Source: Candidatus Jorgensenbacteria bacterium | Lineage (GTDB): Bacteria > Patescibacteriota > Minisyncoccia > UBA6257 > GWB1-50-10 | Length of the DNA stretch: 64,000 nucleotides | Assembly: GCA_043797305.1 (NCBI GenBank) | Contig: JAZDPW010000024.1 | Coordinates: forward strand, 16,650-80,649 | Direction: 5' to 3' | Shown: piece by piece, positions 55,077 to 64,000 of the stretch | Numbering within the stretch: position 1 is the stretch's first letter | Layout: the number at the start of each line of letters is the position of its first letter | The notes under the pieces: generated by a model | Databases searched by the model: none | Told to the model about the DNA's origin: nothing | The model's input: the letters and a program-made list of their open reading frames with translations, nothing else | Position numbers and translations under genes: made by a program

Positions 55077-56736
55077 CCTTTTCAAGAAGTGACTTGTCCC
55101 GCTCCCGAAGCTGGTCCAACATTTTCATTTCCGGGTCAATGGCAATCGTTTTCCCCAAATACTGACCGGCGGTAAAGTGGGGAAGAAGAACATAATCGGC
55201 GCCGGCCTCATAGAGCGCCTCCGTTTCCCTTTCGGTTCTTGCCCGAACAATCACTTTCGGCCGGCGCGGTAGTTTCCGCATTTCCTTAAGCAGAACGACG
55301 CTGCTTTCAAAATCTGGACTGGTTGAAACAAGCAAAGTTGCATTTGCCAAATTCGCCTTTTCGATAATTTCGGGGTCGGCAATATCACCGAGTAAGACAT
55401 CGAAACCGTGGCGTTTCAGGGAAGCGACTGCTTCGGGGTCGAAGTCAACGACAAGAAGCTTGTCCTTGGGAAGGTTTTGGGCAATGCTCCGGCCGGTCCG
55501 GCCAACGCCAGCAAGAACAATCATTTTTTCGAATTTTTCCTCAGCTCCTTCTTCTTTTGCGTTCTTGCGTTCAAAAATCGAAAGCGGTTTTGAAATTACT
55601 TTGAAAATTTTCTCGGCGTGCAGAATAAGGTAAGTCGAGAGAGTGATGGTAATAATGCCTACGGCGGTAACGAGCGCGACAACGTTCTCGCCGATGTGGC
55701 CGACTTTGAATCCCAGGGCGACGATAATCAAACTGAACTCCGAAATCTGAGCGACGGTCACGCCCGACAAGAAGCTTGTCCGCTTCCGATAACCCAAAAG
55801 CCCCATGATGACAAGGACGATAAGCGGGTTACCAATTAAAACGAAGAGGGATAAAACAATAATGGGGACGGTGAGACCCTCGAAACTCGTAAAAACAATT
55901 GAAGAACCCAGGATTACGAAGAAAATGAGGATGAAAAAGTCCCGCAGGGGCCGAACCCGGCTCGCGATTTGGAAATTCTCCGATGAGTTGGCAAGAGCAA
56001 AACCGGCCAGAAGCCCGGCAATTTCAATCGAAAGGCCGACTTTGGAAACGGCCCCGGCAAAAAGAAATACCCAAGCCAGGCTCACAATGAAAAGGAGGTC
56101 TTCGTGACGAGCAATCTTGTCGAAAAGCCAGGGGAAAAACCGCCTGGAGAGCCAAAAGACCGCTGCAAAGAGGACGAGGCCTTTCAAAACGGCAGAAACC
56201 AGAGTGCTGACGGCAAAACTGCCGCCGGATTCAACGCCGGCCAAAATAATCAAAATCAAAACCGCCGCGAAGTCCTGAATCAAAAGGGAGCCGATGCTTA
56301 TCCGGCCGTACAAACTCGATAAGTCCTTTTTGTCCGACAGGAGCTTAACGATAATAATCGTGCTCGAAAAAGTGAGCGCTGTCGCAATATAGGCGGCCGG
56401 CAGGTAACCAAATCCCAGCTGGCCCGCGATTAAAAACCCAATGAGGAAAGTGAAAATAATTTGGCCCAAACCGACGAGGACCACCGCCTTGCCGGAAACG
56501 AGGAGAGACGAGTAGTTCAACTCAAGACCAACGAGAAACAAAAGAAACATTATTCCCAAATCGGAAAAGACTTGGAAAGTTTCCTTGTCGGCAAGATTGA
56601 AAAAATCGAAATAAGCGATTAAAACTCCGGCGGCGAGATAGGCCAAAATTACCGGCTGGCGCAGCGCTTTGGCGAGAATCCCCAAGATGGCCGCCACAAG
56701 CACCACAATCGCAAGTTCCAGAACGCCGGTTGTCAT
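55060..56736 (-). CDS. cation:proton antiporter (CPA2, KefB-like) with C-terminal TrkA-N/RCK domain
   Basis: About 12 TM helices followed by Rossmann GxGxxG (IVLAGVGRTGRSIAQNL). Confidence 0.8.
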   Translation of the reverse strand: MTTGVLELAIVVLVAAILGILAKALRQPVILAYLAAGVLIAYFDFFNLADKETFQVFSDLGIMFLLFLVGLELNYSSLLVSGKAVVLVGLGQIIFTFLIGFLIAGQLGFGYLPAAYIATALTFSSTIIIVKLLSDKKDLSSLYGRISIGSLLIQDFAAVLILIILAGVESGGSFAVSTLVSAVLKGLVLFAAVFWLSRRFFPWLFDKIARHEDLLFIVSLAWVFLFAGAVSKVGLSIEIAGLLAGFALANSSENFQIASRVRPLRDFFILIFFVILGSSIVFTSFEGLTVPIIVLSLFVLIGNPLIVLVIMGLLGYRKRTSFLSGVTVAQISEFSLIIVALGFKVGHIGENVVALVTAVGIITITLSTYLILHAEKIFKVISKPLSIFERKNAKEEGAEEKFEKMIVLAGVGRTGRSIAQNLPKDKLLVVDFDPEAVASLKRHGFDVLLGDIADPEIIEKANLANATLLVSTSPDFESSVVLLKEMRKLPRRPKVIVRARTERETEALYEAGADYVLLPHFTAGQYLGKTIAIDPEMKMLDQLRERDKSLLEKVSHEI

Positions 56737-56778
56737 TATTTTTTATGATAGCACACCGCCCGGCCGGAATTCTTTCCC

Positions 56779-57711
56779 CTACGCGCTTATAACGTGCTGC
56801 ATCTGCATTTCCTTTTTGGAAAGGTAGAAAAACAAACCAACGACGAGAAAGGTGACAAGGGGCGGCACCCAAGAGTAAATGTGGAGCCCGAAACTTTCGA
56901 AAATCATTATTAATCCCAAAAATCCCACCGAATACATCGCGCCGTTTTTGAGATAAGCGTATTTCCTTACGGTTTTAACTCCGTGAATCGTGAAATACCG
57001 GACTATAAACGCGCCGAGCCCGTTACCGATAAGAATAAGCGGCACGGAGAGGGTGAAAGCGAAAGCGCCGAGGATACCGTCGATTGAGAACGCCATATCA
57101 ATGAGCTCCAAATAAAGAATCTTGCTGATGTCGGTCATACGCCCCTCCGTCAGTTCTTTTTCCTTTTCTTCGGCGTTTTTCTTAAAACCGCTCACAATAA
57201 AAAACGCCGTTGAGCCGATAACGGCGCCGAGCGAGATTAAGGGGTCTGTTTTTATCGTCGACCAGACGATTACGAGCAAAATGATTGAAGCAAGGGCGTA
57301 AAACCAAAAATGGTAGTGCTTGTGAAGGTGGCGTTCGAGAAAGAAAGCGTATTTCTTGGTTTCGATGAAAAGCCAATGGAGAAAAAGGAAAATCAGGAAA
57401 ACGCCGCCGCCGGCAAGTAAAACCGGTGCCTGGCGCTCAATAACTTCGGCCGCTTCCCCGCCCGATTGAAAAGTTGCCGTAAACGCGTCAACGATGCCGA
57501 TGCCGGGTGTCGATAAATAAATGATGAGAAGCGGCAGAATGCCGCGGACCACGAAAACGGCAAACAGAATCCCCCAAAACAGGAACCAGCGCCGCCATTT
57601 TTCCGACATGCCGACCAGGACGTCAGCGTTAACAACAGCGTTGTCAATGCTCGAAATCGTCTCGAAGAGAACGAGTCCCAAAACAACAACGATGATTTCA
57701 CTTAAACCCAT
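56779..57711 (-). CDS. TerC family integral membrane protein
   Basis: Polytopic. TISSIDNAVVNADVL-type motif characteristic of TerC/YkoY proteins. Confidence 0.5.
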   Translation of the reverse strand: MGLSEIIVVVLGLVLFETISSIDNAVVNADVLVGMSEKWRRWFLFWGILFAVFVVRGILPLLIIYLSTPGIGIVDAFTATFQSGGEAAEVIERQAPVLLAGGGVFLIFLFLHWLFIETKKYAFFLERHLHKHYHFWFYALASIILLVIVWSTIKTDPLISLGAVIGSTAFFIVSGFKKNAEEKEKELTEGRMTDISKILYLELIDMAFSIDGILGAFAFTLSVPLILIGNGLGAFIVRYFTIHGVKTVRKYAYLKNGAMYSVGFLGLIMIFESFGLHIYSWVPPLVTFLVVGLFFYLSKKEMQMQHVISA

Positions 57712-57729
57712 TGAAGTTTTATTTAAGCA

Positions 57730-58044
57730 TTACTTCTTTTCTCCGCCGTATCTATTCTTGTCGCGTTTAATGACTTTATCGAAACTTTTTCTTACGGCTT
57801 TGTCCAAATCGATATTGTTAGAGTTTGCGAAGCAAATGAGAGTATAAATAATGTCCCCGATTTCTTCTTCCAGTTCCTGTTCTTTCTCGTCGCTTTTTTT
57901 CGGCTTGTCGCCGTAGAGGTGATTGACCAGTCTCGCGAACTCGCCACATTCCTCATAAAGTCGCGCCAAAATCGACAAAGGCGACCAGTACTTCCAATCG
58001 TTTTCCTTAAACCACTTATCCAGTTCTTCCTGGTACTTTTTCAT
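57730..58044 (-). CDS. MazG-like nucleotide pyrophosphohydrolase (YpjD-type, ~100 aa)
   Basis: EExGE...EExGDxxYTLICFAN...IDLDKAVRKSFDKVIKRDKNR. Matches the all-alpha NTP-PPase pattern. Confidence 0.7.
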   Translation of the reverse strand: MKKYQEELDKWFKENDWKYWSPLSILARLYEECGEFARLVNHLYGDKPKKSDEKEQELEEEIGDIIYTLICFANSNNIDLDKAVRKSFDKVIKRDKNRYGGEKK

Positions 58045-58273
58045 ACGTATATATTAACGCAGTGGATTTTGTAGTGTTTGTTTGAAAAAGTCAGAACCCA
58101 TTTTGAACGGAACTGACCGTCTCCGCTTCCCGCCTGCGCCAAGGCTTCGGCGGGCAGGCGCTCCGGCGGGACGCCCGGGCGAATTTCTGAAAAGGCGATT
58201 GCAGATGAATTTTAGCAGAGAAAATTCAAAAGAAAAAGACCGATCGGTTGTTACACCAATCGGCCACCTCGTA

Positions 58274-59134
58274 TTAGAGGATTTTGTGAAGAACATCCGC
58301 GTAGGGCCTTCCGTCCATCGGCAACCCGACAACTTTCCGGCCGAGGTCTCGGCAAAGAATCGGTCTGCCGGAGTACCGCTCGATTTCATCAAACAGAGTT
58401 GCCGTTTGATGAAGACAGAAACGCGAGAAACCCATTGCCTGTTCGGAGGGGATGGACGCCCAACTTTCCGGCTTGCCGAACGGAAGGAGATACGGAACAC
58501 CGACGTTGTCGCCGCCAACGAGAAGCCGTCCCGAGAGCGGCACGCCGGGGTAAAAATCGCGTTCGCACACTTCGTCAATAACTTCATCGTAAGTGCGAAC
58601 GCAACGGATCTCTCGCTTCGTGCCGTTGATGCGATTGATTCCCTCGACGATTCCGATACCGGCGCAGATGAGCGGCACACGAATGTGTATTCTTGAGAGT
58701 AATTCGATGATTCTCTCAAGAAGCGCACCAGTGAAAACCACATCATCTACAACCACCACTTCGCGCACACCGCTCATCTGCAACCGCCTGATTTGTTGAG
58801 CGAGTGGCGGCGTTCCAGCACGATGGCCTAGTCCACGCGCCTTTCCATCTCTGTCCACCAAGCGAGCGATTTCAATATTGAGTTCGCTCTCAAAGTAGAC
58901 GCGATCCAGCGATAGCGCGGGCAGACCGCTCCCCAAGACCAATTTTGCAAGACCGCGAGAAATTTCATCCTCCGAGACAAACTCGAAGTTTGAAAAAATG
59001 CGGCACATGTAGTCCGAGAATTCTCCCCGCAGTTGGGAGAAGAATTCTCTCGCGGGCAACACGAAGCTGTGTTGCGTTGCCCACTTTTCCATCAGCGAGT
59101 AGATGTCAGCTGACACGACATATGGCTTGTCCAT
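58274..59134 (-). CDS. phosphoribosyltransferase (type I PRTase) domain protein
   Basis: PRPP-binding motif VREVVVVDDVVFTGALL. Start taken at MDKPY, with AGGAGG 5 nt upstream. The gene is visibly GC-richer than its operon neighbours. Overlapping ORFs 58054..58746 and 58082..58696 are rejected. Confidence 0.6.
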   Translation of the reverse strand: MDKPYVVSADIYSLMEKWATQHSFVLPAREFFSQLRGEFSDYMCRIFSNFEFVSEDEISRGLAKLVLGSGLPALSLDRVYFESELNIEIARLVDRDGKARGLGHRAGTPPLAQQIRRLQMSGVREVVVVDDVVFTGALLERIIELLSRIHIRVPLICAGIGIVEGINRINGTKREIRCVRTYDEVIDEVCERDFYPGVPLSGRLLVGGDNVGVPYLLPFGKPESWASIPSEQAMGFSRFCLHQTATLFDEIERYSGRPILCRDLGRKVVGLPMDGRPYADVLHKIL

Positions 59135-59241
59135 GACTTCCTCCTTTTTGTGTTTGTTAAAGAACTCTCCCTTCCCAGAAATAAAAAATCCCTTCTGGGA
59201 AAAGATTGAACGCGGAGGAGTGCAAAAAATATTTAACACCG

Positions 59242-60003
59242 CTAACCACAACCAATCTCTTCCAGGAAGAGTTGATTGTGATGGTGCTTATTTTGGGCGG
59301 AAAGAAACGCCGAAGTTTTCTTCACGGCATATTTTGCGCTATCAAGAACTTTCGCTGTTTTTGCATAACGCAATACAAAGTAAGCAAAGAATGTATCGCC
59401 AGCTCCTATCGTATTTTTGCTTGTGATGATTTTCGATGGTTTAATGGTGTGACGCTTACCGAAAGCAAAAATTTCACATCCTAGTTTGCCATCTGTGATT
59501 AACAAAAGTTTTTGTTTTTGAGCTTCTACATATTGCTTCGGCATATTTTGTAATTCCTCTTTTGTACCTTTGAGGCAAAAAATATTTGCAAAAACTTCCT
59601 TATTCGGCTTCCAAAATTTTTTCTTCCCAAAATCATCACCATTTCTGACATAACCTTGAACATCCAAAAATACTCTGCCTTTGAATGTAGATAAATTCAT
59701 TAAATCGAACTCATCGAGTACGGAAGAAATAAGCAAAAGGGGCGTTTTGATTTGAGAAAACCGAACCCCTTTTTGAGTAGGTCTTTTGAGGACTCTACCA
59801 AATTCTCCTTTTCTTGTTATTAAAATTTGGACTTTCATTTTGGGTCCGGTTTTCATGGCGAAAGACACCCCTTCATTTTTTAGAGCCCGATTCAGATAAA
59901 AAGCAGGCCCGCCATTTTGCTTATCAATGATGAAGCCGTTTTCACTAACAAGCTGATCGGTAGCGAATGTAGAAATAATTGTGATTTTATTTTTTTGTGC
60001 CAT
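59242..60003 (-). CDS. PfkB family carbohydrate/nucleoside kinase (ribokinase-like)
   Basis: C-terminal GAGDTFFAYF (PfkB GAGD signature). Start MAQKNKITIIS overlaps the upstream gene's 3' end by 17 nt. Confidence 0.65.
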   Translation of the reverse strand: MAQKNKITIISTFATDQLVSENGFIIDKQNGGPAFYLNRALKNEGVSFAMKTGPKMKVQILITRKGEFGRVLKRPTQKGVRFSQIKTPLLLISSVLDEFDLMNLSTFKGRVFLDVQGYVRNGDDFGKKKFWKPNKEVFANIFCLKGTKEELQNMPKQYVEAQKQKLLLITDGKLGCEIFAFGKRHTIKPSKIITSKNTIGAGDTFFAYFVLRYAKTAKVLDSAKYAVKKTSAFLSAQNKHHHNQLFLEEIGCG

Positions 60004-60544
60004 ATTTTTGCCTTCCCAACTTAACAGCGAGATCAACTGCTTCTTTAGGATTTTTGGCAACTTCAATTTTTATTCTGTTTCGGCTATCAAGATATTGGCC
60101 TCCAAGTTTTTCACTCCAACCTCCAGTATTTTTTATTACCACAATAGGGATATTTGCTTGATAGGCGATAGCAATTTCTGTGAGCGTTCCAGAGCCGCCG
60201 TTCAGCGCAATTATAGCATCACAACTTAAAACAAGAGTTAGCTCTCTGCCGCCGCCGCGTTCAAGCCCGCTTGCAATAACGACATCAACATTCTTTTTCT
60301 CAAAAATATCAAAACCTTTTCCATAAGTTACGCCGATAGTAAGACCGCGGGCCTTCTTTGCCCCGCGGCAGGCGGCAGTCGAGAGAGAATCGTAATCTTT
60401 TTCCGCGCCAAAAATCAGAGATGCTCCATTTTTGGCAACCCAATATCCGATTTCTTCCGCCAGTTTCTCAAATTTTTTTGAGTATTTGAGATCGGCGACA
60501 GAACCCATTACTCCGATTTGTAGTTTTCTTGATGATTTTTTCAT
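59987..60544 (-). CDS. LOG-family/TIGR00725-type Rossmann-fold protein (SLOG, nucleotide N-glycosidase-like)
   Basis: GVMGSVAD...LNGGSGTLTEIAIAY (PGGxGTxxE-type LOG motif). 185 aa. Confidence 0.6.
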   Translation of the reverse strand: MKKSSRKLQIGVMGSVADLKYSKKFEKLAEEIGYWVAKNGASLIFGAEKDYDSLSTAACRGAKKARGLTIGVTYGKGFDIFEKKNVDVVIASGLERGGGRELTLVLSCDAIIALNGGSGTLTEIAIAYQANIPIVVIKNTGGWSEKLGGQYLDSRNRIKIEVAKNPKEAVDLAVKLGRQKYGTKK

Positions 60545-60585
60545 ATGATTACTTTAGTTTAATAAAGCGACGTGGACAAAAAAAT

Positions 60586-60924
60586 TTAGCGATTCTCTTT
60601 CAACCTTTCCAAGATAAGTTTATAACCACCCATGCCCTTTTTGAGCCATTTATGAACTCGGGCAATAGTGGTAGAACTCATTCCGGTTTCTTGTGCAATT
60701 TTGGTGTAGCGCATTCGCTTCGCCAACATTCGAGCCACCTTCCACCTTTGACCGAGTTCCACTAACTCCTTTTCGGTGAGCAAGTCCCTGAAAAATCGAC
60801 GAGCTTCGTCAACGTCTTTTAATTTAAGAATAACTCCAAAAAGGGCGTCCGTATCTTGGTTTATCCACCTATTATGTTTGTTCTTGACTTCTTTCATACG
60901 CTTTACTATGCTAAAGTGTAGCAA
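60586..60924 (-). CDS. TrpR-related YerC/YecD family protein
   Basis: About 110 aa, LLTEKELVELGQRWKVARMLAKRMRYTKIAQETGMSSTTIARV, matches the YerC/YecD HTH pattern. Confidence 0.6.
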   Translation of the reverse strand: MLHFSIVKRMKEVKNKHNRWINQDTDALFGVILKLKDVDEARRFFRDLLTEKELVELGQRWKVARMLAKRMRYTKIAQETGMSSTTIARVHKWLKKGMGGYKLILERLKENR

Positions 60925-61060
60925 GGAATTAAATTTATGTCAACTTTGCAATCGCCTTTTCAAAACCCCCTGGAATTTCTTGGCGAAAACCAATGCCGAA
61001 GAGTCCTTCCTTCGTCAGGATAAACTCCGCCCCGAGGCAACTTCTTCGGCAAATCAAATT

Positions 61061-61134
61061 TGGTGGACCTAGCGAGAATCGAACTCGCGTCTCGACAATG
61101 CGAATGTCGCGTCATGCCACTAGACCATAGGCCC
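61061..61134 (-). tRNA. tRNA-Ala (anticodon CGC), 74 nt with encoded CCA
   Basis: Hand fold: acceptor GGGCCUA/UAGGUCC with G3:U70 wobble (Ala identity element), 3-bp D-stem, anticodon stem CGACA/UGUCG with loop UUCGCAU, T-arm GCGAG-UUCGAUU-CUCGC, discriminator A, CCA. Confidence 0.65.
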
Positions 61135-61167
61135 CTGCCTACCGACAGGCCGGGCATTTTTTAGATA

Positions 61168-62259
61168 TTAACGGACCTTTGGGGAAATTGAAAGACTGAC
61201 CAAGAAATCCGCGAGGATGCGACTGTATTTTTCCAAACTGGGAATATCGACCCATTCTTCGTCGCTCGCTATTCCCCCGCCGACCGGTCCGAATTCGACT
61301 CCCGGACAACCAACAAGCGTGAAATGTCTTGCGTCCGAAGAGCCGTTTGCGGAAAGCACATTCACCCGCTTTTTCGTGAGTTCTTCCGTCTTTTTCTTTA
61401 GGAGCCGGAGGTAAGGGTTTTTGGCGTCCGTTGCAAGCGCCGGTTCCTTTACTAAAACTTCCAACTTTAGACCTTTGGGAAGAATCTTCTTTAGGTTACC
61501 GACGATTTCTCCCCCTTCTTCCGGAACGTAACGCACGTCGAGCCAAACTTCGCAATCGTCGGGTATTTTATTGAAAGCCTTATTATTCGTACCGATCTTC
61601 GCCACGTTCACGGTAGTGACCCATTTCTCTTTTTCGGGGACCGGATAGTGACTCTCCAGGTTTTTTAAGAACTCGCTGATTTTCCAAATCGCATTTTCTC
61701 CCCGCCAGGGGTAGGCGCCGTGAGCCGTTTTTCCTTTTGCCGAAACTTTTGCCCAAAGAATTCCCTTTGCCTTGTTTTTAATGTTGAAGTCGGTACTTTC
61801 TGCGGCAATAACGAACTCAGCCCCGACTCCTTTTTCTATCTGATATTTCGTGCCGTCGAACCCTCCCACTTCCTCGTCGGTTACAAGCTGCAACCCGAGC
61901 GGATAATCGATTTTCTTCACGACCTCCTTAAAGACGGCAATGAGGCAAGCCACATTCGCTTTCATATCCATGGAACCGACCCCGTATAGCCGGTTACCTT
62001 TTATCCGGGGCAGATATTGGTTTTCCTTACCCGGAATCACATCCAGGTGGCCGTTTAATATGACTTTGAATTTTTTCGGCCTCTTGGGCGTATTGTAAAT
62101 AAGGGCGCTTTTCACGCCTCTGCGTTCGAACTTCTCGACCGTGTATCCTTTCAGGTCCGACAGAGCAAGGTTCAATGCTTTTTCTAAAGCCTCCCTGTCA
62201 TCCGGCGTCGATTTCATCGAAATCAATTTTTTTGCCAGAGGCAATATTTTTTTCAACAT
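61168..62259 (-). CDS. M20 family metallopeptidase (ArgE/DapE/LysK-like)
   Basis: 363 aa. GHLDVIPG, GVGSMDMKANVACL, VTDEEVGG, and a dimerisation-domain insert. Paralog of 1..837. Confidence 0.75.
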   Translation of the reverse strand: MLKKILPLAKKLISMKSTPDDREALEKALNLALSDLKGYTVEKFERRGVKSALIYNTPKRPKKFKVILNGHLDVIPGKENQYLPRIKGNRLYGVGSMDMKANVACLIAVFKEVVKKIDYPLGLQLVTDEEVGGFDGTKYQIEKGVGAEFVIAAESTDFNIKNKAKGILWAKVSAKGKTAHGAYPWRGENAIWKISEFLKNLESHYPVPEKEKWVTTVNVAKIGTNNKAFNKIPDDCEVWLDVRYVPEEGGEIVGNLKKILPKGLKLEVLVKEPALATDAKNPYLRLLKKKTEELTKKRVNVLSANGSSDARHFTLVGCPGVEFGPVGGGIASDEEWVDIPSLEKYSRILADFLVSLSISPKVR

Positions 62260-62378
62260 AAAAACAATGAATTCATACTAAGGCAGTTTTTCTTCGCTTT
62301 CAATACGCTTGTAAAAATGAGTGGGGCCGTGCGCTCGTAAAGTGAGCGCACGGCCCCGTGCTGTAGGCTGGACGAAAG

Positions 62379-63779
62379 TCAGGGCTCGATTTCCGCACAG
62401 ACCGTGGACTTCGAACCGTGGTTCCTGCCTTTCTCCGCCTCCACAGAGTCGAGGGGCATGAGCGACCGGAGACCGCCCAGGAACCGAGGCGCTCCGTTGG
62501 TGAGAGAGAGGAAGTTCCGGTCGATGAAGTTGTACCCTCTCCCTTCGGTCTCGTTCCACACCACTGGAAGCGAGAGCTCCACCTGAATAACGTAGGAGCC
62601 GCGCTTCTTGAGATTCCGGCGAAGCTCGGAGCGGAAGTCCCGGTCCGAAAGCGCTCCGCTCACATGCCCGTAGCACCCGTAAGTACCTTTCATGGGCTTG
62701 CAGCGGAGAAACACCCGGCCTGCTTCCACTTCCCCGACGCTTACCCCGCACGAAACGAGGTATCGTCTCATACCGAAGGACAGGCGAGAACCGTCTTCGA
62801 ACTCCGCATACGACTTCCCTTCCGCCACGTGCCTCGCGAACTCCGGAGAGTAAAAATCCTCCTCGCTCGCGATCGGGCAGGCCATACCCATTGAAGGCAT
62901 GTACTCCTTGGTGTCGTTGATCCTCCTCGCATGCTCCATCCCGGGCGCATCGACGTTCAGGGTGAGAGTGTGGGCCTTGATGACCCGCCGCACTCCGGAG
63001 TCGCCGAGAAGCGGGTGCTCGACCTCGATTTCCGGCCTCTTAAGCTTCCGGACAGGGTCGGAGGTACGGGCATACAAGAGGCAACCGCACTCGCCTCCGT
63101 TCTCTTCGAGATGCTTCCGGAAATCTTCCGGACCGAAGAACCGGTCGAAACCGGAAAGCTCAAAGACTTCGGCGTCGGAGAGAGGTTCGCCTTCCTCCTT
63201 GCCGAATTCCGACTCCCGCATTGCCCTGTACTTCTCGTCGGTGACCGCGAGGAGTGCAATCGGTTTGCCAAACCTCTGCCGAAGTTCGGCAAGCGAAGTC
63301 CGGAACTGGCGCCAGAAGAACGTCTCCTCGCCGTTCCACGCAAATATCCGCTCGAGAAGTTGGTACATGGCCAGCGAATTCTCGAATTCGAAGACCATTC
63401 CCCGCAGAACTTCTCGCACTTCGGCGACGCTCATCTCGGATGCGGTGGCGAGGAAGTCCGACGACAGACCGACCATGTCGACCTGAACACCGAAGTTCAC
63501 GGGCGAGCCACCGGGAAGCCGGCAGTACCGATAGTCGGTTTCCCATTCCCGGTTCGCCTCGATGAGCGGATCGAACGCCCGGTTGTACTCGATGTAGAGC
63601 TCTCCGAGCGCCCGGATAATCGCATCGGGATACCGAACCCGGTATTCCGAGAGGGCGAAGAAGGGGCTAAGAGAAGAGCGGATATCGCTCTTCTCCACCA
63701 CGGGACCCAACGCGGCCTGCGCCGGGCCCCACGCTTCTCCGTCCAAGGCAGCGAAACCATTTTTGCTCTCGAAACTCAT
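62379..63779 (-). CDS. conserved hypothetical protein, putative ATP-grasp-type amide ligase; paralog of 896..2191
   Basis: 466 aa. LRCKPMKGTYGCYGH, SYVIQVEL, shared blocks YNRAFDPLIEANREWETDY, GKPIALLAVT, RRINDTKEYMPSMGMA. The 3' overlapping ORF 62278..62751 is rejected. Confidence 0.45.
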   Translation of the reverse strand: MSFESKNGFAALDGEAWGPAQAALGPVVEKSDIRSSLSPFFALSEYRVRYPDAIIRALGELYIEYNRAFDPLIEANREWETDYRYCRLPGGSPVNFGVQVDMVGLSSDFLATASEMSVAEVREVLRGMVFEFENSLAMYQLLERIFAWNGEETFFWRQFRTSLAELRQRFGKPIALLAVTDEKYRAMRESEFGKEEGEPLSDAEVFELSGFDRFFGPEDFRKHLEENGGECGCLLYARTSDPVRKLKRPEIEVEHPLLGDSGVRRVIKAHTLTLNVDAPGMEHARRINDTKEYMPSMGMACPIASEEDFYSPEFARHVAEGKSYAEFEDGSRLSFGMRRYLVSCGVSVGEVEAGRVFLRCKPMKGTYGCYGHVSGALSDRDFRSELRRNLKKRGSYVIQVELSLPVVWNETEGRGYNFIDRNFLSLTNGAPRFLGGLRSLMPLDSVEAEKGRNHGSKSTVCAEIEP

Positions 63780-64000
63780 AACGCGACCTCCTTGGGGATG
63801 ATTGGGGTGTTTTCGTCCATCTATTTATAAACGCAACTGCTGTCAGACCACAGAACAGTGCTTTTTTAATGAACTTTCTCGGTCTGAAAGTTATTCACGG
63901 ATTGCAGCGGACAACTTTCAACTCAAGAAAAACAAGAACCTCCCCGACGGGGAGGTTCTTTGGATTTCAACTTACGAATTTTCGCCTAAACTGCCTTGAT

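Noticed and set aside
58054-58746. 230-aa minus ORF and 204-aa plus ORF overlapping the PRTase gene
   Set aside because: Alternative frames of a GC-rich gene. Only the 58274..59134 frame has the PRPP-binding motif and an AGGAGG-ATG start.
62278-62751. 157-aa ORF overlapping the 3' end of the 466-aa gene
   Set aside because: It lies in a different frame of the same strand within a motif-bearing gene. It is Arg/Ser/Pro-rich and has no support.
1-63779. Possibility that the similar gene pairs at the two window ends are a circular-contig wrap-around
   Set aside because: The two copies differ extensively at nucleotide and protein level and have different lengths (431 vs 466 aa; peptidase starts differ). 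They are therefore true paralogs, not the same locus read twice.
1-64000. CRISPR array, rRNA genes, integrase/transposase
   Set aside because: I searched by eye for spaced direct repeats, rRNA-like conserved stretches and integrase/transposase motifs (R-H-R-Y, DDE). None found. The only repeats are the palindromes, the intergenic cassettes and the tRNA-related duplication reported above.

Overview
This 64-kb window looks like a gene-dense segment of a small-genome uncultivated bacterium. Calling it CPR/Patescibacteria-like is inference only: short enolase, class II ribonucleotide reductase, lamin-tail-domain and DUF1573 proteins, many small membrane proteins, nucleotide-salvage genes. Coding is mostly on the minus strand. 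Recognisable housekeeping genes are enolase, PEP synthase, MOFRL glycerate kinase, a 2-hydroxyacid dehydrogenase, cysS, dnaB, recR, rplU, class II RNR, a macAB-type ABC efflux operon, a CopB-type P1B ATPase with a thiol-disulfide cluster, and two NUDIX hydrolases. tRNAs are Lys(UUU), Asn(GUU) and Ala(CGC). Composition is mosaic. A strongly GC-rich island at roughly 21.3-27.0 kb carries a LysM protein, several secreted or membrane proteins and a ParB-like gene. An AT-rich island at roughly 35.0-39.9 kb lies next to tRNA-Asn and a GIY-YIG gene pair. It carries a four-gene operon whose 926-aa centrepiece fuses an N-terminal GHKL-type ATPase to a sigma-70 region-4 HTH and a DnaA domain-IV DNA-binding domain, ends in rmuC, and sits about 80 bp downstream of a perfect DnaA box. 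Other notable items: a tRNA-Lys-like gene whose two halves are separated by about 150 nt containing a complete tRNA-Lys(UUU) flanked by a 14-bp inverted repeat; a diverged duplication of an M20-peptidase plus putative ATP-grasp-ligase module at both window ends; a LOG/PfkB-kinase/PRTase/MazG nucleotide cluster; three long perfect palindromes; and repeated terminator-promoter intergenic cassettes inside the GC-rich island. No CRISPR array, rRNA or integrase was seen.
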